A DNA stretch of 63,186 bases, the filler included, from Octopus bimaculoides (taxonomy: Eukaryota), in NCBI RefSeq assembly GCF_001194135.2. It is 4 parts of 4 records of this genome, joined end to end, with 100 filler letters (N's around TTAATTAATTAA, not from the genome) between each part and the next. Parts side by side here need not be neighbours in the genome. Positions count along the whole stretch, not along the records: positions 28,748 to 56,800 come from NC_068989.1; positions 56,901 to 63,186 come from NC_068981.1; 2 more parts are not named here. One strand, given 5' to 3'. Shown one piece after another: positions 51,734 through 63,186 of this stretch. How positions within the stretch are numbered: position 1 is the first letter of the stretch; each line of letters starts with the position of its first letter. The notes below the pieces were generated by a model that was given only the letters and a program-made list of their open reading frames with translations, was not told the origin of the DNA and made no database searches. The translations under genes were made by a program, and so were the position numbers.

Positions 51734-53138
51734 ATGCGTCACCAATGTAAGAAAGTACAGAAAGTTAACATTTGTTTGAAACATGTACTCAATGTTGGAA
51801 AATTCACGATTGAATGAATGTCACACTGAAGAAAGTGAAAGTTCAAGAAAATTCAGAAGGCATGATTCAATTTTTCATACAAAAATAGTTTATTTTATAA
51901 TTTTGAAACGAACGCTGAACAAAGTATATAGAAAGGAATATGCTGCTGTTGTGAACGTTAATTTTAAAAATTTGCTGAAGGATATATGTAGCAAGATATA
52001 AATTAATTTGACATTACTATATATTTTTTAACTGTAAAAGATTACAGACTGTAGAATAAATACTAACATAGTAAAAGGGCTGTGTGGTGTTGATACTCAT
52101 TCTGATGAAAAAGCATAGCAGAATATGATAAGGACTGTTGGAAAAGCATTATTTTCAAACCGGCTAGAAGGAGTGGAATAAAATCTCTGTAATTATATTG
52201 AAAGAGCTGCTTAGGCTCCGAAATTTCCGAATTTGTAAAGAAAATAATACCATGGTATCAGTATTTAATTGTAGCACAAATTATGGGATTATTATTAAGA
52301 ATATTAGCTCAAATCCATCCAACAACATTTTTGATGAAATATTTCGAAGAAACTAGATTTTGTTTCTCCTTAAAAGCTATTTAATAGGATAATCATTATT
52401 TGAAGAGAATTTCCTTAGTTGAAGTGTCATAAGAGAAACTCATGTAATTTATTGTGACGAGTCAACGAGATAGCCTTCATATAATAGCTTGTCAACGAGG
52501 AAGCCATCATATAATAGCTTGTCAGCTTATAACAGCAAATAAATCTTCCTCAATTTTACAAACTTAAAGGTATCAGTATCTGAAAAAATAACGAAAATGG
52601 CAACAGATATGAATGTAATTAGTTTGGTTATTGGTCTACTTCCAAGGCACTGAAATGGATTTAAACAAGAACGAACAGAACAAAATAGAAATATTGAAAC
52701 ATGCGGTAATCTCATCTATTTGATTTCATACAAGGTTTAACAAAAGGAGGTGTTGAAACACATCTTCTGAATGTTGAATATACAATGACACCTTCTAAAA
52801 TATAAACGATAATCAAGGAAACAAATTAATTTCATCGAAGCTGTGTTTATAATTTAGAACATTAGATTGGCAACGTGGAAAGAAGGTGAGATAAAGAGAC
52901 ATTGACAATGTTTTAAGTATCAACGACTCACATAATTAGCGGCTTGATTTCACAATGAGATTAAATTCCAACAAATATAAACTCTGTATATGTATACACA
53001 CACACATGTATGTATGTATTTATGTATGTATGTATGTATGTATGTATGTATGTATGTATGCATGTATGTATGTATGTATGTATGTGCGTATGTATGTATG
53101 TATATGTATGTATGTGTGTATATATATATATTTGTATG

Positions 53139-53194
<56 letters not shown>

Positions 53195-53913
53195 TATACA
53201 TATAAACATATATTCATATTTATATATATATGTGCATATATAGATACACACATGTTTATATATATACATATGTATATATAGACATACAGATACATGCATA
53301 TATGTATGTATATATATACATATACACATACACACACACACATATGTATGTACATACATATGCTGTAAATACTTGTGTGTGTATATGTATATGTGTAAAT
53401 ACGTGTGTCCGCGTGTGTATATATACGTGTGCGTGTATATATATATATGTGCGTGTGTATGTATATGTATATATGTAAATATGTAAGTGTGTCTGTGTTT
53501 TCAAGGTTGTGTAGATGTGTATATATATATATATGTATGTATATGTACATATGTGAATATGTGTGTGTGTCTGTGTTTTCAAGGTTGTGTAGGTGTGATT
53601 AATCGTTGAGAATAATTTCTCCAGAATGTGATTATTTGAAATAAGTGTGGAATGTGTAATTAAAGAAGTTTGTTTGAACAATAACTGTAATATTGTAATT
53701 ATTACCATTTATCTTTCCAAGATAAATGTTTACTGTTATATGATGAAGTTACACATGCGCGCATGCGCATAAAGGCATGTTTTGTAAGCAGGGATGCGCG
53801 TGTGGGTGTGGGTGTGTATATGTTTGTATGAAAGTGAGAGAGAGAGAAGGAGAGAAGGAGAGAAGGAGAGAAATGAGATATCAATAGACTAACGGACGAA
53901 TGAATTACGCATT

Positions 53914-54885
53914 TATCAGGTTATCCCATAAGTTCTGTCCGATTTTGCCTTTTTTTTAAATTGAATGAAATTTAATAGTATTTCAGAACGTCTAATGGAA
54001 TCAAAAATTATTTTTAGGCATTTGTGTAGATTTTAACTGATTAAATATTATTTTACAGAATAAAAGAATTAAAATTTCTTTGATTAAAACCCTTTCTAAC
54101 ATGGAAGTATCCAAAGAGAATTTGAGGCACATAATGCTTTATGAGTACAAAAAAGGAAACTCTGCAGCCGAAGCGACTCGAAACACACTCAATTTATGGC
54201 AAATAATGCTTGAATGAAAGAACTTGAAGAAGATGGTTTGTAACATTCAGGAGTGGAGATTTCAGCCTTGAAGATGAAGATTGAACAGGACGTCCAGTTG
54301 TGTTTGATGATAAGCTCCTTGAGACATTACTTGATGAAAATCCTGCATTATCAGTTGAAGAATTGGCAATAAAACATAATTCAAACCATACAACTGTTCA
54401 TAGTCATCTTCAACAACTTGGAAAAGTTCCTAAACTTGGAAAATGGTTGCCTCATGAATTTTCCGAAAGCAACCATAAATCTCGAGTTGACATCTGCTCT
54501 TCTCTCCATTCTCACGAACTCATTTCACCCTTTCTGCGTAGACTTGTGACTGGTGACGAAAAATGGATCTTCTACCGAAGTGTTAAACGTTGTAAATAGT
54601 GGCTTGGTAAAAGGGCAAACCTCAACCACAACCGAGCAGGGAACTTCATGGGGAAAGGTTCTTCTCTCTATCTGGTGGGATTGCAAATGAGTAATTCACT
54701 TTGAATTGTTACCACCTAATCCAACAATCAATGCTCAAGTCTACTCTCAGCAATTAGAGCGTTTGAACCAAGCTTTGAAGAAAAAAAGACCCGCTTTAGT
54801 GAATCGAAAAGGAGTGATGTTTCATCAAGACAATGTGCGACCCAACACTGCAAAGATCACATCACAGAAGATCGAAGAGCTTGGT
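53914..54885 (+). mobile_element. Mariner (DD34D-type) element, 3'-truncated pseudogene
   Basis: TA followed by TCAGGTTATCCCATAAGTT TIR; ATG at 54101 MEVSKENLRHIMLYEYKKGNSAAEATRN; WLPHEF (WVPHEL), LVTGDEKWIFY, MFHQDNVRP. Stops before YSPDLAP; contains internal stops and frameshifts. Confidence 0.9.
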
Positions 54886-55204
54886 AGTAAATATAAAAAT
54901 AACAGCTTTCAAGAACAATAGTAGTTTATTGAGACGGAAGGTAGCGGTTTATTTTTCTTTATCGAAGAACGATGAGCAGAAAAAAGTTATTTTTATATTC
55001 TGATTGAATCTTCTTTGCGACAATGTAGCCTTTAATCTAATCAAGATATCCTTGGCCTGAAGAATAGCTGGCGGTATACACCTCGCTTAGATTTGAGCTC
55101 TTCTGAGGTTCTACTGAGGTTCTGAGGATTTTTTCTGCTCCATTCCGTAACTCTTGTGTACATACATACATACATACATACATACACCCCCCCACACACA
55201 CATT

Positions 55205-55417
55205 TCTCTTACTTTTTGTTTCTTTTGTGCCTGTAATTCAAAGGGTCAGCCTTGTCACACTGTCATGCTGAATATCCCCGAGAACTACGTTAAGGGTGCG
55301 TGTGTCTGTGGAGTGCTCAGCCACTTTCACGTTAATTTCACTAGCAGGCTGTTCCGTTGATCGGATCAACTGGAACCCTCGACGTCGTAAGCGACAGAGT
55401 GCCAGCAAACAACAACA
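55205..55417 (+). mobile_element. 3' part of Nin/Deu-domain SINE
   Basis: aaagggtcagccttgtcacactgtc..ctgaatatccccgagaactacgttaagggt...gtggagtgctcagccact...gttaatttcac..gcaggctgttccgttgatcggatcaactgg; reverse complement of 56901-57010. Ends in a (caa)n tail. Confidence 0.75.
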
Positions 55418-55435
55418 ATAAAATAAAACAGAAGA

Positions 55436-56480
55436 TTTTGGTTGCCAAGTGGCTCCAGTTAAGTAGAAAATTTTTTTCTTTTATTGGTTATGGTGTTTTT
55501 GCAGGGCAAATTGTTAGATATAGTACTATTATTAATAATGCTAATAATCTTTGGGAAAAATAGATAAACTCTTAAGACATTTAGTAAAACGAGGGTATAA
55601 TAAATATGGTAAATTGGTTAAAACTTTTAATCGCTGTTTAGGTGGGAGACTTGAAATTTTAAATAAATATGGGGTAATATCTAGTCTTCAGCTTAGCAAA
55701 TATTTGTAAGGATTTGGAAGGTTTACGGTTTGAGTTATTTGCTTATTAGGTCATCAATATTGAAACAATTGAGGAACTAGTAATTACGCACTACGTCATC
55801 AATATCTAGTTGACCCTTTAAATTCATGGTGATGGAACCGCGTGTCTGATTAAACTATAGATGTTAATACTTGTGGTTTTATTATGTTTTAAACAGTTTT
55901 AATTAGCTTTAAACATAGCAAGGTTTATAATAATAGTTATTTACTAGTACTTTTATTAGTTCTTAGTTAATGCGATTTAATGTTTATATTAGTTACTGGT
56001 AATTTAATATTATAGCTTGTAGTGCTGATATATTAATGAATATGTAGTGTTTTATTTTTATCTTTTGAATGAAGAACTAAGGTATTTCACTCATACAAAT
56101 ATTAGTTAAATTAATTTCAAACGTATTTGTTTTGTTTTGGAGAGATTTATATAAAGCTTTAATTTTCATTATAGTAGTGTCTATGGAAGACTAGTGGGAT
56201 TACTATTTGTATGTTCTTAAAGATTGGTCGCAATTTAGCATATAATTTAGTTATTGCAGTTTACTATTAATACCGATACAATATACGTTGGTTTATTTGT
56301 TTTTTTCTTGTAGTTTTATTAAAGTTAGTGTCTAATCCTGCTTATATATTGATTGATTGAAATAATGTGGTTATTAAGCTGTTGCTTTTATATTATATTG
56401 CGGAAGATGGTAGGAAATTATAATTTTGTATGACTTAATAGATTTGTCACTGTTTATTTAAGTATTCAGGAGTGGTTGTA
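55436..56480 (+). pseudogene. Putative ancient NUMT (degenerate ND4 to ND5 region)
   Basis: T/G-rich, C-poor strand bias. Ordered degenerate motifs: tgg ttg cca ag..gct cca gtt (WLPK..AP), ggt tat ggt (GYG), tta aaa ctt tta atc gct..gtg gga (LKSLIA..VG), tta gca aat att (LANI), then ND5-like VLKDW and LIDW...LLYY. Many indels. Confidence 0.5.
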
Positions 56481-56800
56481 ATATACTTAATGAATTTATT
56501 TATCGATACGGTTGTACATAGAGTAAATGTGTTTGAAAGTTGTGGTCTCTGTGGTTTGTTTGTTCCCAAACAACACTTATTTTAGTGCTCTTGACACCGC
56601 CGGGCTGAATGGCATTGTCCAGGTGTCGAAACCATAATGATACCCGTCGGGCAGCTGATGATGGAGGTATGTTGAATTGTTGGTATGGTTGGTTTTGTAT
56701 ATGTGGAATAGTATTATAACACATCCTTTTGATATATATATATTCTCTCACGGTGGTGCACCAGCATGACCGCAGCCACTTGGCTGAAACACATAAATAA

Positions 56801-56900
56801 NNNNNNNNNNNNNNNNNNNNNNNNNNNNNNNNNNNNNNNNNNNNTTAATTAATTAANNNNNNNNNNNNNNNNNNNNNNNNNNNNNNNNNNNNNNNNNNNN
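56801..56900. other. Artificial scaffold linker 44N-TTAATTAATTAA-44N
   Basis: Same 100-bp structure as 18203-18302. Confidence 0.9.
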
Positions 56901-57208
56901 AATTAACGTGCAAGTGGCTGAGCACTCCACAGACACGTGTACCCTTGACGTAGTTCTCGGGGATATTCAGCGTGACACAGTGTGACAAGGATGACCCTTT
57001 GAGTTACAGGCACAACAGAAACAGGAAGTAAGAGTGAGAGAAAGTTGCGGTGGAAGAGTACAGCAGGGTTCGCCACCATCCCCTGCCGGAGCCTCGTGGA
57101 GCTTTAGGTGTTTTCGCTCAATAAACACTCACAAGGCCCGGTCTGGGAATCGAAACCGCGATCCTATGACTGCGAGTCCGCTACCCTAACCACTGGGCCA
57201 TTGCGCCT
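56901..57208 (-). mobile_element. tRNA-headed Nin/Deu-domain SINE
   Basis: Minus strand aggcgcaatggcccagtggttaggg (A-box)...ggtttcgattccc (B-box), then the domain shared with 55205-55417. Confidence 0.8.
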
Positions 57209-58530
57209 CTGTACTCCACTAACGCTTCATTCTGAAGCATATGGATATTGAGTTCTAAACCAGGTTTAGTCTAGCAATGTGAAATATAGCGTTTTTATAC
57301 AAAATGCTATAGACTAGCTTTCATTTCGAAGAGTTATTCAATCTAATTTTGTTTTCTTCGGTGACTAGATGCATCTTATTGAATCTGAAAGATTTCGGAG
57401 TTTGTTTCAACGGTTTACCAATTAAATAGACTATACGGCAACGTGTGGGTCATTGAGGCCAGACAAATATTTAAAGGCTAGTGAAGTGATAATCATCTTC
57501 ATCTTGTTTTTAGCGTTTGTGGTGTTTCGTTGTTTTGTGTTTCATTTAAACACCCTCTGTAACATGCTGCAAAACATCAGTACAGTATGATATCAATGCA
57601 TAATTCTTAACCAGGCTCTTCCAGTGCAGAAATCTCCGGGGTTCCAATCAGAAACAAAAACTTCACACACGGTAGATTCACAAAGAATACCATCTTTTTT
57701 GAAAGTGTGTAACTATAAATAGAATGTGATATTAAATTGCGGAAAATGTAACTGAATATGAAATAATTGTCACGCATATCTCAGCAGAATGTGATTATAA
57801 GGTGACTATAATAATAACATACTTTTTGTAATTGGATTAAATATTCAAAATATTTTTGGAATTTTGTGTAAGGAAATATGTAGTTCATTCATTAGTTGTT
57901 TGGTAAACATGACATAACACCATTGTTATAAAAACACAGGTTCAAGATAAGGGATCCTTTACACAATCGCTCGACAAGCTAAAAACATAAAAATCTCCCT
58001 CAAATCACATCTATTTGTCTTGAATAGAGCAATGTTTAAAAAATGGCACAATGGATAACGTATTTCTCACTCATTGTACTTAATGAATTTTATTTCAACA
58101 CTTTAAGTACAAATTCGATTAATTAAATCGTTGTGTATCAGTGGTTCTAATTTCTTATCCATCCTTCCAAAAACACTTTAGAGTCTTCATGCACGAAACG
58201 GTATGGAATGGTTTTGAGAGTCGTTTGGCAGTTATTTCTAATAAGTCGATAGACCACCTAGAGGTTCTTTTAGACGTTAGTGGCAATTCTGTGCTTTTGC
58301 GTACTATGTGCATGGTTTGCCGTGATTGTTTCAATTTGTGTATGTGTGTACATGAATGTTTGTTGTACATGCATGTGTGCATCTACGAGTGTAAGTGTTT
58401 GTGCGTCTGTGTGTGTGTGTGTGTGTGTATACAGATGTGTCTGTATATGTGTTTTGTGAGCGATTGCAGGTGCATATGCATGTTTGTGTATATAATGCAT
58501 ATACAGAAAGAAAAAACAATATCGACGAAA

Positions 58531-58570
<40 letters not shown>

Positions 58571-60155
58571 GGTGCTGGTGGTGGTGGTGGTGCTGGTGGT
58601 GGTATTGGTGGCAGCGGCTGCGGTTGTTGGTAGATGTAGAAAAGAAACAGACAGAGCAGTCAGACAGATCAACAGACAGAGAGATAGGAGGTAGTCNNNN
58701 NNNNNNGCAGCGGCTGCGGTTGTTGGTAGATGTAGAAAAGAAACAGACAGAGCAGTCAGACAGATCAACAGACAGAGAGATAGGAGGTAGTCAAAGCGAA
58801 ACATACCATTTTTTTTTCCTCACCGACCTCGGCTAATGTTTTTATTTTTTTCATTTTTTTTTCATTTTTTTCTCTATTTATCCAGTATTTATTCATGTTT
58901 TTATTCTTATTTATTTATTGTTGATCGTTTCTGTCTTTCCCCCTTTCTGAATTCGTGAATTTTATTCATACATTTATTTATTTATTTGGCAGGAGAAAAA
59001 ATGGAAGAAAATATGCGACGCTATCATCTTTTACTTGAAAAAAAAAGTGTATAAAAAGACTCGCATACCCTTTGCTCTAACTGATTCTATCAAGAAACAG
59101 AGAATTTCTCCATTCTAAGCAAGCTAGATTTATCTATTTATTTATTTATTTATTTATTTATTTATGCGTATACGTATATGTGTGAGTTTTGTTTTTAATT
59201 TTTGTTCGTTTATACATATATATATGGAGGAATGGATGGATGGATGGATGGATGGATATGAAAGAATATATTTTTGTGTAGATATATACATATGTGTGTG
59301 TATGTGTGTGTGTGAGACTGCATTTGTGTGCGTGTTTGTGGGTTTCTATATGTATATGAATATGGCATGTGCTACGTATATATGTATATTTTTGTATACA
59401 TATATATATATGTATATGTATGCATACGTATATACACGTCTATATGTGTGTGTGTGTATGTGTGTGCGTGTGTGCGCGTGTGTGTGTGTACACACACACA
59501 CATATATATATACATATATATATATATATACACATATGCTTCAGTTAGCGGTTAAGGAGTTCACTTCGATACCACAGCCTCACGAGTTCGATCTCAATGC
59601 TTGCAATTTCGCCAAGTGAGATTTCTATAGCCTTGCGAGAGAAATTGCGCACTCGGAAACCGCATATCCCGTATCACGCATTATGTCACTCTGATTATGC
59701 AAGATAATTGTGTTAAGGATGTCTACAGAACGCTCAACCATTCACACGTTAATTGAAGAGCAGATCGATCAACTTAATCTTCATCGTCGAACGACAAAGA
59801 TTCACTACCATTCTATGATCTAATTACGTTTTGTGGTGTTGTGTGTGTGTGTGTGTGTGTTTGTGTGATAATTATATTTGTCTAAGGATTTGTACGTACC
59901 CATACATCTATATGATGTATATATGTGTTTGTGGGTATGTATGCATGTATGTATGTATGTGTGTGTGTGTACCTGTGTGTATATATTGTGTGTGTGCATA
60001 TATTGTGTGTGTGTGTGAGAGTACCAGAGAATAATTGGTGTGCTAATATGTCAGCGTAAATTATGATTGGTTGTTGCTTTGTGTACTTTTCTGTGGGTTG
60101 CATCTGTGTACATATATAAATATATATATAATATATGTGTATGTATGTATGTATG

Positions 60156-60196
<41 letters not shown>

Positions 60197-60642
60197 NNNN
60201 NNNNNNNNNNNNNNNNNNNNNNNNNNNNNNNNNNNNNNNNNNNNNNNNNNNNNNNNNNNNNNNNNNNNNNNNNNNNNNNNNNNNNNNNNNNNNNNNNNNN
60301 NNNNNNNNNNNNNNNNNNNNNNNNNNNNNNNNNNNNNNNNNNNNNNNNNNNNNNNNNNNNNNNNNNNNNNNNNNNNNNNNNNNNNNNATATATATATATA
60401 TATATATATATAATATGCATATATACATACACCCATATATATATAATATGCATATATACATACACCCATATATATGTTATAGGGTAATATACGTACATAC
60501 ATACATACATACATACATACATACATACATACGTACGTACATACATATGTGTACGCGTGAATGTATGTGTTAATGTTGCTTGATTGCCTCGAAGTTTTGG
60601 TTTATGTTACTGTTTCTATAATAATAATAATAATGATATTAC

Positions 60643-60705
<63 letters not shown>

Positions 60706-61249
60706 TTTTATTATCATCTTCATCATCATCATCGTCATTATTATTATCTTGATAGAGAGGTGGAGAATTTGTTTTTAAGTTAATGTTTACGTCATGTTTC
60801 TTTGGTATTCTTTGGCAGGTGATAGTTTTTTTGAAGTTGTTTCTGTAGAGTACATTGAAGAGGAGGAGAAGAAGAAGGTGGAGGAGACGAATGAGGGGAA
60901 GTCGAATTATAAATATACAATATACTTGACTGCGAGCTATTTTTATTTTTATTTTCATTTATCGTTTTAGTCATTTCCTATTAATATTAATAGTTTTAAT
61001 TTTATATTTTTCAGTTGTTTTATTCATATTACGCGTTTCCACTGAGCAATCGCCGACATCTATGCGTTCCTAAGATAGTGCAGAGTTTTGTGTGGTTCTT
61101 TCTTTCTTATTACTTTAATCTTTTTTTTTATTTTACTACTGAACTTAATATGTGGGCACTGCTTAGTTGTACAGTTTTCTCCGTTGAGTTGTATATTAAA
61201 AATCCTAGGGGTTCTATATAATAAATCCTGATATTCCTATATTATAAAT

Positions 61250-61545
61250 GCTGATGTTAATTTTTTAAAGATTTGTTTACATGCTTTCTTTTAAGACATC
61301 TGATGTTATTAGAATTGTTTCTGTTTTCAATCTTCTCTGTCTTATCTCTATTTTTAAATCCTAATATTTGGATGATTTTTTTCATTCCTTTGACAAATAC
61401 ACAGTCACCGCCTATTGGTGCTGATAATTCGATCAGACGACACTTCCTTCTCTTTCTGTTACTTGAAACAATATCCAATTGACTGACCTTGTTCTCATTG
61501 TCTGTGTAGATTGGCGTAGCTCAGAGTATGGATGTTTTGTCATTC
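61250..61545 (-). mobile_element. Older R4/Dong-like endonuclease remnant
   Basis: ATPIYTDNENKVSQLDIVSSNRKRRKCRLIELSAP resembles TILWDMPIHTDREIKANRPDIVVKD...C.LIDMSVP. Confidence 0.55.
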
Positions 61546-61667
61546 TCTGAGCTTTTTATCAGGTGTATGGTTAAAAAGCCTCTTTTCTCTTAGTTATTTC
61601 AAAATACTGTCACAACTTACAGCGTCTGAAAGTACTGAATCTGTCATACCTGTAGACATATTATAAG

Positions 61668-61975
61668 TGCAGGCATGCCTGTGTGGCTAAAGAAGCTTGC
61701 TTTGCAACCACATGGTTCTGAGTTTAGTCCTACTGCGAGTCACGCAGCAAAAGTTTGTTCTACTATAACCTCGGACTGATCAATGATTCATGAGTGAATT
61801 TGGTGGCCAGAAACTGTGTGAAATTCGGTTGTGTATGTGTGTGTATGCGAGTGTATGTGTGTGTATGCGAGTGTATGTGTGTACTTTTCTATTTTTCTTC
61901 CGCCGCTGCTTGATAACTGGTTTTGGTTAGTTTGTGTCCTGTAACCTACCGGTTTGGCAAAACCGATAGAATAAG
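61668..61975 (+). mobile_element. SINE of the 10357 family, degenerate
   Basis: gcaggcatgcctgtgtgg...gagtttagtcc...gagtgaattt...gtaacctaccggtttggcaaaaccgatagaataagt. Confidence 0.65.
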
Positions 61976-62553
61976 TGTAATTGGTGTAATATCCTGCAAA
62001 ATTAGTTGACTGTTTAGGTAGTTATGTTATGTATTAATTGTACAACTGTGACTTACTTTCAAGATGTTTCTATTGAATAATATTCAGCATGTGGTTTAGT
62101 GGGAATTAAAGAAAATGGTTACAATTTTTTCGATATATGGTTACTAAGTACAATGAAATTAATATCTGTAGCATCTTTTCACATATCCTGGACCAAAATA
62201 AATCATGCTCTAATATTTCCAAAATCAGGACTTCAGACTATAACAGAAATAGATAATTATAAAGTTTCACGAAGCAAGAGCATACCAAGTTCCTTTTAGA
62301 TGGTTTAATGGAAATATAAAAAATCTAAGAATGAACTAATCAGAAATTTACTGCCGTTGGATTTTTACATTTTCATTTCTATACCCTCCCGATTCCCATG
62401 ACATTAATTTATTAATTCATATTACTAATGCACTAGGTCTAAACAACTCGTCCTACGATCGTTCGCCATGATAGATCGCTAACCACTACACATATATTTT
62501 TTCTCTCCTTTTTTTTTCTCTCCTTGTTTCTCTCCTTGTTTCTTTCTGTGTTC

Positions 62554-62589
62554 CTTTCTGTTGAAGAGCATAGGCTCGAAACGTTAAAG
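62554..62589 (+). ncRNA. Minimal hammerhead-like motif with one core substitution, in a putative Penelope-type terminal repeat
   Basis: cttt-CTGTTGA-a-gagc(atag)gctc-GAAAC-GTT-aaag: stems I and II pair perfectly; the core differs from CUGANGA at A6. Confidence 0.55.
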
Positions 62590-63186
62590 ACTTTCTCTAT
62601 TCCCGAGCGTTATACTAATGCATCCATTTGTTGTTTACACCACCTGTCTTCAACTGTTGTTTTTTTCGTGAATTCTCCTATAATTGTGGCATGATGTAAA
62701 CTGTATATTATGATACTTCAGAATACATATGTATTCGTGTACAAACATTTGCACCTATACACACAAACATGAATACACATGTATAACACACACAAACATA
62801 CGATATATTCATTTCAATAATGTTTATATGTTTAATGTTTTCAGATGGAAATATTTATATTCTTTATATAATAATTCATTCAATAGATATAGGTTTAGTT
62901 TGGGTTTTTCCCATGAGCATGCATTCTGTGCCGTTACTCAGTTGATTGTAGTTAGATTGTTTTATTTGTGTTATTAATTTGATATAATTAGTAAGTTTTT
63001 GTCATATCTATATTGTTCTTTTATATTTTATATTACTCATCCCGAAATACCACAATATCTGTTTCAACAGACAGTTTCACATCAGGAATCTTGCAACACA
63101 ATTTCATATATATATATACATACATACATATATACATATATAGACGTAGATATATTGTATGTGCATACATACATATATACATATAT

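Noticed and set aside
58611-58793. 86-bp exact direct repeat around an 11-N gap
   Set aside because: Identical copies on both sides of a tiny gap are typical of unmerged overlapping contig ends. The same applies to about 17358-17430.

Overview
AT-rich, microsatellite-laden, gap-containing eukaryotic genomic DNA. The SINE families present suggest an octopus (coleoid cephalopod); this is inferred from recalled repeat sequences, not from a database search. One clear host gene is present: a multi-exon BORCS8 (MEF2BNB, BORC subunit 8) orthologue on the + strand. It has four well-supported internal exons (18563-21101), a candidate first exon (16790) and a candidate Gly/Ser-rich last exon (27861). 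The rest is mostly mobile-element debris: three tRNA-headed SINE families, Tc1 and mariner relics, a hAT MITE with a perfect 8-bp TSD, a decayed Rep-Helicase Helitron with a complete non-autonomous Helitron beside or inside it, R4/Dong-like retroposons sitting in (TAA)n arrays, and RTE, CR1/L2 and Tx1 LINE fragments. The most interesting signals are: (1) a ~500-bp palindrome in a BORCS8 intron made of two inverted copies of a tRNA-headed element that carries a minimal hammerhead ribozyme, with two more hammerhead-like motifs elsewhere; (2) a putative ancient NUMT (ND4-ND5); (3) an inverted-plus-direct duplication at the Helitron 3' end. Almost all long ORFs in the supplied track are microsatellite or N-gap artefacts.
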